Shown piece after piece: positions 10,942 through 22,573 of a stretch of DNA of 64,000 nucleotides. The DNA comes from Balanoglossus misakiensis (lineage: Eukaryota; Animalia; Hemichordata). Every line of letters starts with the position of its first letter. Positions within the stretch are counted from its first letter, which is position 1. The notes beneath the pieces were generated by a model that was not told the origin of the DNA, did no database searches, and was given only the letters and a program-made list of their open reading frames with translations. Made by a program: the position numbers and the translations under genes. The stretch lies in the NCBI GenBank assembly GCA_040954595.2, contig CM082586.2, positions 10,819,337-10,883,336 of the forward strand. Reading direction: 5' to 3'.

Positions 10942-11664
10942 ATAAGTCTAAACAAGACTCTCATGACTGTGACAGCAATTTAATTCCTAAATTGAACCAT
11001 AGAGTCAAAAGTGCAGGCACGGAGTGTAATATCAATGACTTTTATACATTGATGGGCATCACAGATCAGGCAGTGCACAAGTGTGATCGCTCTGTACAAA
11101 CTGACATGGAGATTGATATTTCAAGAAGCCTGTCAATGTGCAACCCGGAGGTTTTGCGGGATGCTAGTGTTAACCCTAGTAGTATTTCTGAACCAGTGCT
11201 TTCGATTGACGAGCCAGTAACATGTACCATTGCCAATGTTGCCTCTGAACACACAGGTTGTTTTGATACCTCTGTTAGCAGGGATAATGTTGACAAATAC
11301 CTTTGTAAAACTCATACAGTTGATTTGATAGAACCTGATATTGAGACTGATCTTGACAAGCAAATCCCTATTGAATCACTAGCCCATACCGTCGGTGATA
11401 CCACTGAATTTGCATGTGAGATTAGCGCTCATGGTTCATCTGACGGTATGATCAGTGATGACCACGATGTCTTTGTTAGTGATATGTTTACTGTGGAAAA
11501 TGTTCCAAATATGGGGCCTCCCAACCCCACCCTTGTTGATCACAGTGTTCCAGACACTTATCCACTGGGCAATGATATGCAGTATTCTGAGTTATCAGAT
11601 ACTCCCGTGGGCGGGGATGTCTGTCCCCCGTCGTCATGGCCACAAGCGTCACCCCCTGATTTAA
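10195..11664 (+). repeat. 734-bp internal tandem duplication (copy 3)
   Basis: Same duplication and same junction as copy 2, shifted by 5,657 bp. Confidence 0.95.
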
Positions 11665-13331
11665 CAGAAGTTATAACCGTTCATGACATAGTTGTTGAAT
11701 CAGGTTTACCAAATTCTCAATTTTGCAGAATACCCGTTTCATCAAATCTTCAAATCCCAATTTGGCGAGCCGAATTGCAGCAATATGATGACAAAATCAT
11801 CTGCGATTACCTACAATATGGTTGGCCCGTCTACTATACAGCCTCAGAATTGCCATACTCTACAGTGAAAAACCACCCATCAGCTATAAATTACTCGGCG
11901 CATGTCGACAACTGGATCATTAACGAAGTCGCAGCCGGGGCTACAGCGGGTCCGTTCTTAACTAACCCCCTTGCCACACCACTCAGTACTTCCCCCATTC
12001 AGACTGTCGAAAAAAAAGATAGTGTTAATCGGCGTATAGTCTTTGATCTTAGTTCCCCAATCCACCATTCAGTAAATGACGGTATCCCCAAAGGGGAATA
12101 TCTTGGGGAGAGTTTTCAGCTTCAATATCCTTCCATTGATGATTTCACTGCAATGATGACCCGTAAGGGCAGGGGATGCCTCCTATTTAAGCGCGATTTA
12201 AGCAGAGCTTATCGGCAAATACCAGTCGATCCAGCGGACTACCATTTGCTGGGCTACACGTGGCGTAATTTATTGTTCTTTGACCTTACATTGCCATTTG
12301 GCTTGCGAACCGCAGCGCTAGCCTGCCAGCGCACCACTAATGCGGTTTCTTATATCTATTCCACGAAAGGGTATGACTGTGTTAATTACCTTGACGACTT
12401 CGGTGGTGCAGAGACCTCCAACAAAGCCCACAAGGCATTTGCGGAGGTAGGTGACACGCTGGATAGACTGGGTTTGCAAGAAGCCAAACACAAAGCGGTG
12501 CCCCCGTCATCAATCATGACTTTTCTTGGAATCCAGTTGAACTCCCTTACAATGACTATGGAAGTTACTCCTGACCGGCTTAATGAAATAGAGCAAGAGC
12601 TGGGTGTATGGGTCACTAAAACAAAAGCAACTAAGCGCGAGCTGCAATCACTCATAGGCAAGCTTTCCTTTATTGCCAAATGTGTCAAGCCTGGTAGGCT
12701 ATTCCTGGCGAGAATGCTAGATGTGTTGCGTACCGTCACCCGCAATCACTACCATATCTATCTAAACAGTGATTTCAAGGCAGATCTACGGTGGTGGATT
12801 AATTTCATTAGGGTTTATAATGGGGTGTCTCTCATTAAAGAGTCAGGTTGGTGCCCGCCAGATGAAATATTTTCTTCGGATGCATGCCCAACAGGGGGAG
12901 GGGGGCTTTGCGACAACGAGTATTTCCACGTGGAGTTCCCTGACTTTGTAAAGGTTGGGGACCCTCACATTAATGCCCTCGAATTACTCACTATTACTAT
13001 AGCGGCAAAAATTTGGGGTGATAGATGGTCTGGAAAGAAAATACAGGTCTCTTGCGACAACCAGGCAACAGTTTGGGTCATTAATACCGGTAGAGCTAGG
13101 GATAAACTAATGCTGTCTTGCTTGAGGGAATTATGGCTGGTAGCAGCGATTCACGAGTTTGAGCTACGTGCTGTGCACATCGCAGGCACCGAGAACCGGC
13201 TGGCTGATGCGCTCAGTCGCTGGCATCTTGACCCAAGTTATGAGCAACTCTTCAAATCATCTGTTAATATTTCTCAAATGACCGAGCACCCAGTCGCCGA
13301 GGATGACATTCGCTTTCTCAATGAGTGGTGA
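10992..13331 (+). CDS. Reverse transcriptase / RNase H (copy 3)
   Basis: Same motifs as copy 2 (YLDDF etc.); frame is intact. Confidence 0.93.
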   Translation: MNHRVKSAGTECNINDFYTLMGITDQAVHKCDRSVQTDMEIDISRSLSMCNPEVLRDASVNPSSISEPVLSIDEPVTCTIANVASEHTGCFDTSVSRDNVDKYLCKTHTVDLIEPDIETDLDKQIPIESLAHTVGDTTEFACEISAHGSSDGMISDDHDVFVSDMFTVENVPNMGPPNPTLVDHSVPDTYPLGNDMQYSELSDTPVGGDVCPPSSWPQASPPDLTEVITVHDIVVESGLPNSQFCRIPVSSNLQIPIWRAELQQYDDKIICDYLQYGWPVYYTASELPYSTVKNHPSAINYSAHVDNWIINEVAAGATAGPFLTNPLATPLSTSPIQTVEKKDSVNRRIVFDLSSPIHHSVNDGIPKGEYLGESFQLQYPSIDDFTAMMTRKGRGCLLFKRDLSRAYRQIPVDPADYHLLGYTWRNLLFFDLTLPFGLRTAALACQRTTNAVSYIYSTKGYDCVNYLDDFGGAETSNKAHKAFAEVGDTLDRLGLQEAKHKAVPPSSIMTFLGIQLNSLTMTMEVTPDRLNEIEQELGVWVTKTKATKRELQSLIGKLSFIAKCVKPGRLFLARMLDVLRTVTRNHYHIYLNSDFKADLRWWINFIRVYNGVSLIKESGWCPPDEIFSSDACPTGGGGLCDNEYFHVEFPDFVKVGDPHINALELLTITIAAKIWGDRWSGKKIQVSCDNQATVWVINTGRARDKLMLSCLRELWLVAAIHEFELRAVHIAGTENRLADALSRWHLDPSYEQLFKSSVNISQMTEHPVAEDDIRFLNEW

Positions 13332-14350
13332 CTGATTTTATTTTTATTTCAGATCACTGCCAAACTATCCAAGCCTTAGACGCTCAAATCGCTATCTCAA
13401 TGAGGTCAGCATTAGCGGAAGGAACTCGTCGGAATTTGTCGTCACAGTTGAAGAGTTACTTCCTGTTTTGTCAGTTTTTCAATTTTACTCCTGTTCCAGC
13501 ATCTGTTCTTACAGTGTGTAGATTTATCCAGTTTCTTGCAAGATCAGTAACTGCTACTGGCACCATTCAGAATTATTTGTACGCAATTCGTACCTTGCAT
13601 AGAATCCATGGCTTCACGCCATTGGCCGCTGATCAGTATGTTGTCAAATTACTTTTGAAATGTCTTTCCCGTAGCACTTTCCAGCCAGTGAGGCAGAAAT
13701 TACCCATCACCCCCCAGTTGTTGCTACAGTTTTTCGGGCTTCTAGATGTGGCTGTTCCATTCGATGTTACTTTGTGGGCATGCCTTTTGATAGGGTTTTT
13801 CTCCTTTTTTCGCAAGTCAAATCTTGTTCCGAAGTCTGCAACCGACTTTGATCCGGCTAAACACCTCTGTAGGGGTAAAGTCATTTCCTCAGATTCTGGC
13901 CTTATAATCGGCGTGACTTGGTCAAAAACCATTCAGTTTCGCGAACGCTGTTTGACTATTCCACTTGCCCACATTCCAGGTTCGGTGTTGTGCCCTTTAC
14001 AGGCATACAATCACATGTGTGAGATCATCCCAGCCCCACCCTCTAGCCCAGCATTTGTTTTTCCCAAATGTGGCAAATTGGTCCCCTTGACCCATTCAGG
14101 GCTGGTGAAAAGTATCAAATGTTTAGTTCAGAGGGCAGGCTTTCCTGCTGACATGTACTCAGGTCACAGCCTCCGTCGTGGGGGTGCAACCTTTGCATTC
14201 GAAAGTGGGGTCCCTGGGGAGCTTATCAAACTCCAAGGGGATTGGCAATCCAGCGCGTATCTCCGTTATCTTAACATTCCATTTCAGACTCGTTATCTGG
14301 TGTCCTTTCAAATGGGTCAGCATCTTAAAGACATCTCCGCGTCACACTGA
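13325..14350 (+). CDS. Tyrosine recombinase (copy 3)
   Basis: R-K-HxxR-W-Y catalytic residues are intact. Confidence 0.93.
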   Translation: MVTDFIFISDHCQTIQALDAQIAISMRSALAEGTRRNLSSQLKSYFLFCQFFNFTPVPASVLTVCRFIQFLARSVTATGTIQNYLYAIRTLHRIHGFTPLAADQYVVKLLLKCLSRSTFQPVRQKLPITPQLLLQFFGLLDVAVPFDVTLWACLLIGFFSFFRKSNLVPKSATDFDPAKHLCRGKVISSDSGLIIGVTWSKTIQFRERCLTIPLAHIPGSVLCPLQAYNHMCEIIPAPPSSPAFVFPKCGKLVPLTHSGLVKSIKCLVQRAGFPADMYSGHSLRRGGATFAFESGVPGELIKLQGDWQSSAYLRYLNIPFQTRYLVSFQMGQHLKDISASH

Positions 14351-14394
14351 TTTTACTGTGGCACTAGCAGAGAGGCGGACCGGGTTTGGCAGTG

Positions 14395-14917
14395 GTTGGG
14401 CCTGCAAGAGCCCCCAGTTCACGTAAATAAATAATGGCTCTTGCCTTCAGCTGCCAAACCTGTGTCCTTGGTTTGTGTGTTAGAGAGATCTCAAGTAATT
14501 TAGGTAACATTGCGATCAACGGCATAATGTTACCCAATTAAGCAACTCGAAAAGGGGCGCCCTCAACCTCAAACGAGCCTCAAAAATCCCATAATCCATC
14601 ACTCACGACCACTTCAAGGGTTCTGAGCGTGTCCTGCAATGCTCGCTCTCTCTGCCTCAATTTCCCCACCCGCCCGCCCTCAACAAATAAGATGTGTATT
14701 TGCAGATTTACAGTGGTTCTCTGGTCAATACTGTACTTCACGATTGTAACCTTTTTCATCCATGTATTTTGCAATGGTCCTTTCATCATTGCGAGTTGTT
14801 ATTCCCAGTTGTGTTGGGCCTGCAAGAGCACCCAGTTCACGTAAATAAATAATGGCTCTTGCCTTCAGCTGCCAAACCTGTGTCCTTGTTTTGTGTGTTA
14901 GAGAGATCTCAAATAAT
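14395..14917 (+). repeat. Split direct repeats at the 3' terminus: B1 (~14395-14499), A2 (~14500-14664), unique spacer, B2 (~14813-14917)
   Basis: gttgggcctgcaagagc...ttagagagatctcaa occurs at 14395 and 14813, and also at 3081 and 8738. The A block matches the sequence upstream of ORF1 (3186-3350, 8843-9007). B contains AATAAA. Confidence 0.9.
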
Positions 14918-17621
14918 TGGGGAAAATCATTAAAAAATGACAAATTATCGACTTTGCAAAATCTCACAATTTCGTCGATTTTTGAAAAAAACCATTGGGG
15001 GAAAATCATCAAAAAATGACAAATTATCGACTTTGCAAAATCTCAACATTTCGTCGATTTTTGAAAAAAATCATGGGTGAAAATCATCAAAAAATGACAA
15101 ATTTTCGACTTTGCAAAATCTCAAAATTTCGTCGATTTTGAAAAAAATCATAGGTTCGTCGATTTAAAAAAAAAAACATGGGGGAAAATCATCAAAAAAT
15201 GACAAATTTTCGACTTTGCAAAATCTCACAATTTCGTCGATTTTTGAAAAAAATCATGGGAGAAAATCATCAAAAAATGACAAATTTTCGACTTTGCAAA
15301 ATCTCAACATTTCGTCGATTTTTGAAAAAAATCATAGGTGAAAATCATCAAAAAATGACAAATTTTTGACTGAAAAATCTCAACATTTCGTCGATTTTTG
15401 AAAAAAATCATGGATGAAAATCATCAAAAAATGACAAATTTTCGACTTTGCAAAATCTCAACATTTCGTCGATTTTTGAAAAAAATCTTGGGTGAAAATC
15501 ATCAAAAAATGACAAATTTTCGACTTTGCAAAATCTCAACATTTCGTCGATTTTTGAAAAAAATCATGGGTGAAAATCATCAAAAAATGACAAATTTTCG
15601 ACTTTGCAAAATCTCAAAATTTCGTCAATTTTTGAAAAAATCATGGGTGAAAATCATCAAAAAATGACAAAATTTTCGACTTTGCAAAATCTCAAAATTT
15701 TGTCGATTTTGAAAAAAATCATAGGTTCGTCTTTTTTAAAAAAAAAAAACATGGATGAAAATCATCAAAAAATGACAAATTTTTGACTTTGCAAAATCTC
15801 ACAATTTCGTCGATTTTTGAAAAAAATCATGGGTGAAAATCATCAAAAAATGACAAATTTTCGACTTTGCAAATTCTCAAAATTTCGTCGATTTTAAAAA
15901 AAAACATGGGGGAAAATCATCAAAAAATGACAAATTATCGACTTTGCAAAATCTCACAATTTCGTCGATTTTTGAAAAAAATCATGGGTGAAAATCATCA
16001 AAAAATGACAAATTTTCGACTTTGCAAAATCTCAACATTTCGTCGATTTTTGAAAAAAATCATGGGTGAAAATCATCAAAAAATGACAAATTTTCGACTT
16101 TGCAAAATCTCAAAATTTCGTCCATTTTTGAAAAAAAATCATGGGTAAAAATCATCAAAAAATGACAAATTTTCGTCTATGCAAAATCTCAAAATTTCGT
16201 CGGTTTTTGAAAAATAATATGGTTGAAAATCATCAAAAAATGACAAAATTATCGACTTTGCAAAATCTCACAATTTCGTCGATTTTTGAAAAAAATCATG
16301 GGTGAAAATCATCAAAAAATGACAAATTTTCGACTTTGCAAAATCTCAAAATTTCGTCGATTTAAAAAAAAATCATAGGTTCGTCGATTTAAAAAAAAAA
16401 CATGGGTGAAAATCATCAAAAAATGACAAATTTTCGACTTTGCAAAATCTCACAATTTCGTCGATTTTTGAAAAAAATCATGGGAGAAAATCATCAAAAA
16501 ATGACAAATTTTCGACTTTGCAAAATCTCAACATTTCGTCGATTTTTGAAAAAAATCATTGGGGAAAATCATCAAAAAATGACAAATTTTCGACTTTGCA
16601 AAATCTCAAAATTTCGTCGATTTTGAAAAAAAATCATAGGTTCGTCGTTTTTTTAAAAAAAAAACATGGGTGAAAATCATCAAAAAATGACAAATTTTTG
16701 ACTTTGCAAAATCTCACAATTTCGTCGATTTTTTAAAAAAATCATGGGTGAAAATCATCAAAAAATGACAAATTTTCGACTTTGCAAAATCTCAAAATTT
16801 CGTCCATTTTAAAAAAAAAACATGGGGGAAAATCATCAAAAAATGACAAATTTTCGACTTTGCAAAATCTCAAAATTTCGTCGATTTTGAAAAAAACCAT
16901 TGGGGGAAAATCATCAAATAATGACAAATTATCGACTTTGCAAAATCTCACAATTTCGTCGATTTTTGAAAAAAATCATGTGTGAAAATCATCAAAAAAT
17001 TACAAATTTTCGACTTTGCAAAATCTCAACATTTCGTCGATTTTTGAAAAAAATCATGGGTGAAAATAATCAAAAAATGACAAATTTTCGACTTTGCAAA
17101 ATCTCAAAATTTCGTCCATTTTAAAAAAAAAACATGGGGGAAAATCATCAAAAAATGACAAATTTTCGACTTTGCAAATTCTCAAAATTTCGTCGATTTT
17201 GAAAAAAACCATTGGGGGAAAATCAACAAAAAATGACAAATTATCGACTTTGCAAAATTTCACAATTTCGTCGATTTTTGAAAAAAATCATGGGTGAAAA
17301 TCATCAAAAAATGACAAATTTTCGACTTTGCAAAATCTCAACATTTCGTCGATTTTTGAAAAAAATCATGGGTGAAAATCATCAAAAAATGACAAATTTT
17401 CGACTTTGCAAAATCTCAAAATTTCGTCCATTTTTGAAAAAAAATCATGGGTTAAAATCATCAAAAAATGACAAATTTTCGTCTTTGCAAAATCTCAAAA
17501 TTTCGTCCATTTTAAAAAAAAAACATGGGTGAAAATCATCAAAAAATGACAAATTTTCGACTGCAAAATTTCAAAATTTCGTCGGTTTTTGAAAAATAAT
17601 ATGGGTGAAAATCATCAAAAA
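14918..17621. repeat. ~78-bp AT-rich satellite, left part
   Basis: Monomer gaaaatcatcaaaaaatgacaaattttcgactttgcaaaatctcaaaatttcgtcgatttttgaaaaaaatcatgggt, with occasional longer variant monomers containing ataggttcgtcg. Confidence 0.97.
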
Positions 17622-18355
17622 TAGCGTCAAGGACACTGTGGTCCCATTTAAACAGTGGAGTACGGAGATGAGGGGTGCCACAGTAGCAGAGGTAGGTAAG
17701 GCATCCAGTGTCTATTTTGCTGAATTGGGCAGCATACTGAAATTCAATGTTTAAGCACGAAAGAAGGGAGCAGGCAGTGTACGTTTTCTGTAGTTTAATT
17801 ATAAATCATGTAAAGTAATAAATATAACAATGGGAATGAGTTGTGTTGCATATAAATTGTTTTAAAGAAATGAAATTGAATGACGCAATAAAAAATGTAA
17901 TGGAAGCAGTAAAAAATGTCAAAGTAAATAAAGAGAACAGTAACAAGTATAAATTATGTTGAATGGTACAAAATACTAAAGAAATGTTAAATATAAAATG
18001 TATCACTGAAGAACGTGTAAACTGAAATAAAAAAATCATTGGAAAAAATGTCTAATTAAATGAAGCAGTCAAAAATTGTCTAACCTAGGGGAAAAAAACA
18101 GTGAAAAATGTCAAATCAAGTAGAGAAATGTGAATGTCACATAAAAAAAAGGCAAGAAAGAAAATGACAAACTGAACAAATAACTAAAAGCATGTGAAAT
18201 AAAAAGAATGTGTCACTAAAAAATGTCTTCAAGTGTAATAAAAAAAGCAGGGAAGGAAATGTTATAATGAATGAATGGAGGGAGCGCTGGTAAAGTGTGT
18301 AATCGGGAAAGGGTTGTGGAATGGAGAGCAAATGAAGGCAGTACGTTGAAAAACA

Positions 18356-20809
18356 CTAGTTTTTGAAAGTGGTGATGGTGTTGGCAGAGTTGGCCTTAAA
18401 TTGGAGCTCGCGTCCATCGCAGATGTCGGTGACGGCGTCCTGCAGTTGTTTCTGGGTGGTGTTGACGGGGTTAATGGAGAATTTTCTGAGTAAATACTTG
18501 GTCTCCTTTGGGTAGATCTTGTATGTGTCAAGGTCATCACCGGTTTGTATTAAGAGGGAAAGTATTGTGCCTGGTCTGCAGGATGGGCTTTTATTCTTTC
18601 TGCAGAAACGACATCTGAAAGAAATGAGAAATAGGCAATGTTGAAGTTGGTGGAATAAATATGTTGATTGCTGGCTGATGTGGAAAGGGTGTAACATGCA
18701 GTAATGTGGAAGAATATAAGTATTGAAGTAAAGTTGAATAAGGGATGTTACGGATGTCATGTGAATATTTAGTTGTAAGGAAGCCAATTGGATTGTTGGG
18801 ATATAAGGAAGAGATGTTATTGAGTGGCTGTGCACTGGTAAATTTTTCCAGCGGAATGGCTTATGTCTGAAAATGGGACATTGCATGAAAAAACTGCTAT
18901 GTATAGCTCAGCTGGTGTCTGCACACAAGGTATTGAGGGGCTGGTGGTAAGTGCGGATGAAGAGGAATTTTGGATTACCTGTTGCTGTCATTGAGAAATC
19001 CATTGCACCGAGGCGCATCTGCACATAAGAGAACTCTCTGTAGATTGGAGAGCCCTTGTAATGTCCCGGTTGTCCAGTTTGAGCTGTCATCGGAATCCGC
19101 CGATAAGGTGTCTGTAGTGTTTTGGTGTGATAGGGTTTCATGAGCCTGAAATAGAATTAGGGAAAGATTAGATTACCTGCGTGTGTTTTTGATAAATGAA
19201 GCTGTGGTTCGTGTGTCTGGAAATGTAGATGCTGAATTGGATGTTTGAAGAACTGAATAATGACAACAGCGGATAATATATGTTGTCTACTATTATGTTG
19301 AATAATGTAGCTCTGAGGAAGAAGCTTTGATTGCAAAACAAAGTACTGAACGCATTTGGAAAAGTGGAAACGAAAGTTTGGAATAGTATTGAAATGTTAC
19401 TTGTGGATTCACTATATGTTGTCATGGGCAAAGAAAAAGAAATGTGAATATTGTAATGAATTGTTTGAGCAGGGAATACAGGAAAAACAGTGGACAGTTT
19501 CAGTATAGTCAAGTTGTTTGTAGTGAACATAATACCTGAAAACGAAAGGGGTGGTACCAGGACAATTTCCTGTTGGTATACACTGTATAGTGTATTGTAT
19601 TGACTGATCAGTGAAGTACTTACCGATACTGATATTGTGGTGGATTGCCTGGATGTGAGGCGGTTGTTGAACGAGGCAGCTTTCTTCACATTGGTAATAG
19701 TTATAACATCACCAGTGGTGAGCTCACACTTCGTAAGATCTCCCCATACGGTTAGTTTGTACACCCCTGAGCTGTCTCCAAATCCAATAGTTCTGCGTGG
19801 TAATTTGCCGTACCGGGTGTGGGTGGCTTTGGTGTTTTGAACCTAAAAGACAGAAGAAGTAATAAACAAATGGAAAACGGTAAAGAGTGTACCATGAGGT
19901 TTGTGAGATGAACGGTCGGGAAAAGGTGAGGTGGGGGTAGAAGTCAATAGGAAACGGACCTTTCTACCCTTCGAGGTCGATAGGGAACGGACCCCTCTCC
20001 TGTGCATCGAGGGATCTTCACGACGTGGAATAGCATTGCATACGCGGTTGTTCGGTGTACGGTACGTGACCAGCTGTGGTGAAGGTCGTGTAACGTCGGG
20101 AAAACGAAGACGGTCATTGTATATATGGGTAACAGAGGAGTGAATGAAGTCAATAAAGCGTAAGCGAAATGTTCGTGATCTTGTGGAAAACACGACTACG
20201 TCAATTAAAGTAACGTGTTGGTGTTGATTTGTGGCAGAGTTTATTCGTGACAATGGAAGTGGGCGGGTAATCCGATTACGTGAGATTGTTGTTGGCCGCG
20301 AAATATCTAGGGCGAAAATGGGTGAATTGTGAAATGAGTGAGCATTTTAAGTGTAAACTTACCCTTACTACAGTTCCTGATATGTTGTGATAATTGGTGT
20401 TGTCGGCAATTGCTGCGGCCATAGTGACAACAGCAGCAGTGGGTGCTTGCTCTGTCATGCGACAGCGAAGTCCGTGAGCCTCGGTTGCGACACTTTCAGG
20501 AATGTTGAGGTCCACCCTATTAACAGCCAAGGTGGAGCCTTGGTTGATGGAAATCCCGTTGGAACGCACGTAAATTTTCGGACCAAGAAATAGTGTACTT
20601 CCTTCATTTGCTCTCAATAAAGACAACGTGTCTTCTCTGGTTGACCAGATATACAGAGTGGTGGCAGCGGTGTGGTCTGCCACCACAGCCCGTTTAAATT
20701 TTTCGTTGGTCGAGGTATTTTCATAGTAGATTAGTTTAACTTGAGTGGTAACATCGTGGTAGGTGTTGGTCTCTTTCTGGCTTAATTCTTTTAGTGTTGA
20801 TTTTGGCAT
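18356..20809 (-). CDS. RPA70-like ssDNA-binding protein (OB folds plus zinc ribbon); four coding exons 20809-20363, 19842-19624, 19145-18979, 18614-18356; 363 aa
   Basis: All junctions are GT-AG with matching phases 0, 0, 2, giving 1,092 nt with no internal stop. OB-like motifs AVVADHTAATTLYIW and FGDSSGVYKLTVWGDLTKCELTTGDVITITNVK. Splicing exons 3-4 creates CADAPRCNGFLNDSNRCRFC (Cx5Cx9Cx2C). Confidence 0.8.
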
Positions 20810-22123
20810 CTGTACGGAAGAAACAAAGGTGAAATTATAAGACTGTGGTTTCACGATCAGTGGTTGAATGTACATGATGGTGGAAACTATATCATCAAGG
20901 GGAAAACGCCAAACGAAAGGATTAATAGATTGGCATGTAGTTGCCACAAATCAGACGTGAGGGTCTCATCAGCGATCAGGTTTGCATTGAAAGTTTCAGA
21001 ATGAAGAGTCTCTGGTAGTTGATGTTCAAATGAAATTACCAATTGTAATGTATCGAAGAATTCACACGGGTCACCAAAAACTTTGAAATGGGCGCAATGA
21101 GTGCTGTTAACTGGAGAACAGTAGTACAAGCGTATTGTTGAAAATGAGACACGGCGGATGTTTGCGCCAATTGGCAAAACTTGTTCGTGTGTTGCGTCAG
21201 TTAACAGTTGCGAATGTGTGTACAGCTTTTTTGGGGGAAAACTGAACGACAGATTTTGTAATGTACGGAGAGCAGTGCATGGGCCGAGCTTTGCAGACGT
21301 AATTGTCTGGTTATGAATATTCCAAAGAGAGCCAATTGGCGTACCGATATTTTGTTGACGTTGAACGAAACGACAGTGGGGTGGTAGGTCAAATGGTGGG
21401 GCTTTGAAATGTCCCGCGGTATTTGACCAATGGAGTTGGCTTTCACTGTAGATTAAGCACCCGTGAATTTTTCGTACACAGTGTGGCATAATGAACCAAA
21501 GCAAGGAAATAAAAAATAAAGTATAACTTACTGTGTGAGTGTGGTACTTGCGGTGAACTAGACTGTGTGGATATAGTCTGTGCGGCTTGTTGTTCTGGAT
21601 GAAAAAGGTGGGAAAGTGTGGTACGATGACCGATGTGCGCTGGAAAGTTGAAAGCGACGCGATGTTGTAGTTTCAGGAGTCAGGGAGCGAATGCGGTGAG
21701 CTCGCAGAAGTGTATGAGTGGACTTTCCGAAGACGACGCGTGAAAAATTTAATAATTGACGGACACAATGGATTTGCACCAATAGTAATACACAGAAATT
21801 GCCGACAAAGACAGTTTCGCAAAGGAACACGTGTGTATTGTTTACAAATATGACGTAACCGCCAGCGTGCAGATGAAAACAGAACGTGTTTACATGTTCA
21901 AAGCCAAGGAAGTCGATTGCTCCAGGGTTCTGAAAAACATTTCCGGTTGTGCATGACCGACAGGATGTTTGTTCGTAATCTGTCAATGTGATGAGATGTG
22001 TACCACATGTTAGCAATAAAATGGTGCCGTTTTGGTGTATAGGGGGAGATACCGATTATGTAAATAAACTGGTAATGTGACAGGGCAGTTGTCATTGCAA
22101 TGATGGACACAGTAATGTTGTTG

Positions 22124-22460
22124 TCAGGTTGTTTTCATTAAGTGTGACAGCAGCATGTATAGTTTTGACCAAATGTTTTTCAAGGTGCCACTTTTGATAT
22201 GTGGTATATTGGCAAGTATAAGAACTAATGCAAAATGGTAGTCTGTTGTTTCTTCATTAAGTTGTTGACATTTCAAAGTACCCATTGCTGTGGGTGGGCA
22301 AAGATATGTCACCATTGAAGTCCCCGATAATGAACACTGGTTTATTGACATAGATGAAATCTAGCAGTGGTGTACTGTCCTTTGTGAATGTTGTACGTTG
22401 GCATGTTGGTACTGACACTTGGTAATAATGGTTTGTGGTGTAGCAATAATTGCACATATT
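22124..22460 (-). pseudogene. Degenerate second copy of the AP-endonuclease C-terminus
   Basis: PLLD..KPVFIIGDFNGDISLP and, after a frameshift, QQLNEETTDYHFALVLI..KNIWS parallel PLLDLTKPILIMGDFNFDILLP and RQLIKEETTDQHSALDLIF..ENSWS of the intact ORF. Confidence 0.7.
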
Positions 22461-22573
22461 GACTCATACATGTATGTAATATGGGAAATAAGTGTATTTG
22501 AAATCTGCTGTTGTCATTTAATTCTTATGTGTTGTCTTTTATGATTATGTCTATAATCTAACACTGATTAATT

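Larger units (their letters stand above)
1..14917 (+). mobile_element. Tandem array of an Ngaro-like (DIRS order) tyrosine-recombinase retrotransposon; unit 5,657 bp; partial copy 1 (1-~3185), copy 2 (~3186-8842), copy 3 (~8843-14917)
   Basis: Near-identical ORF sets recur at a 5,657-bp offset (3368/9025, 5335/10992, 7668/13325). Gene order is gag, RT-RNase H, YR, with split direct repeats at the 3' end and no inverted LTRs. The array runs off the left edge of the window. Confidence 0.93.

Noticed and set aside
14918-17621. Repetitive ORFs (MGENHQKMTNFRLCK...) in the 78-bp satellite
   Set aside because: The monomer length is a multiple of 3 and the frames are constantly broken by A-run length changes; non-coding.
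19175-19220. Extra mini-exon of the RPA-like gene (AG...CAG|GTAATC)
   Set aside because: It would leave a ~31-nt intron and its 40-nt length would break the frame; the four-exon model is already in phase.
20887-22016. ORFs of 205 aa and 152 aa in the Helentron interior
   Set aside because: Non-ATG starts and no motifs; they overlap the predicted promoter, 5' UTR and first intron of the RPA-like gene.
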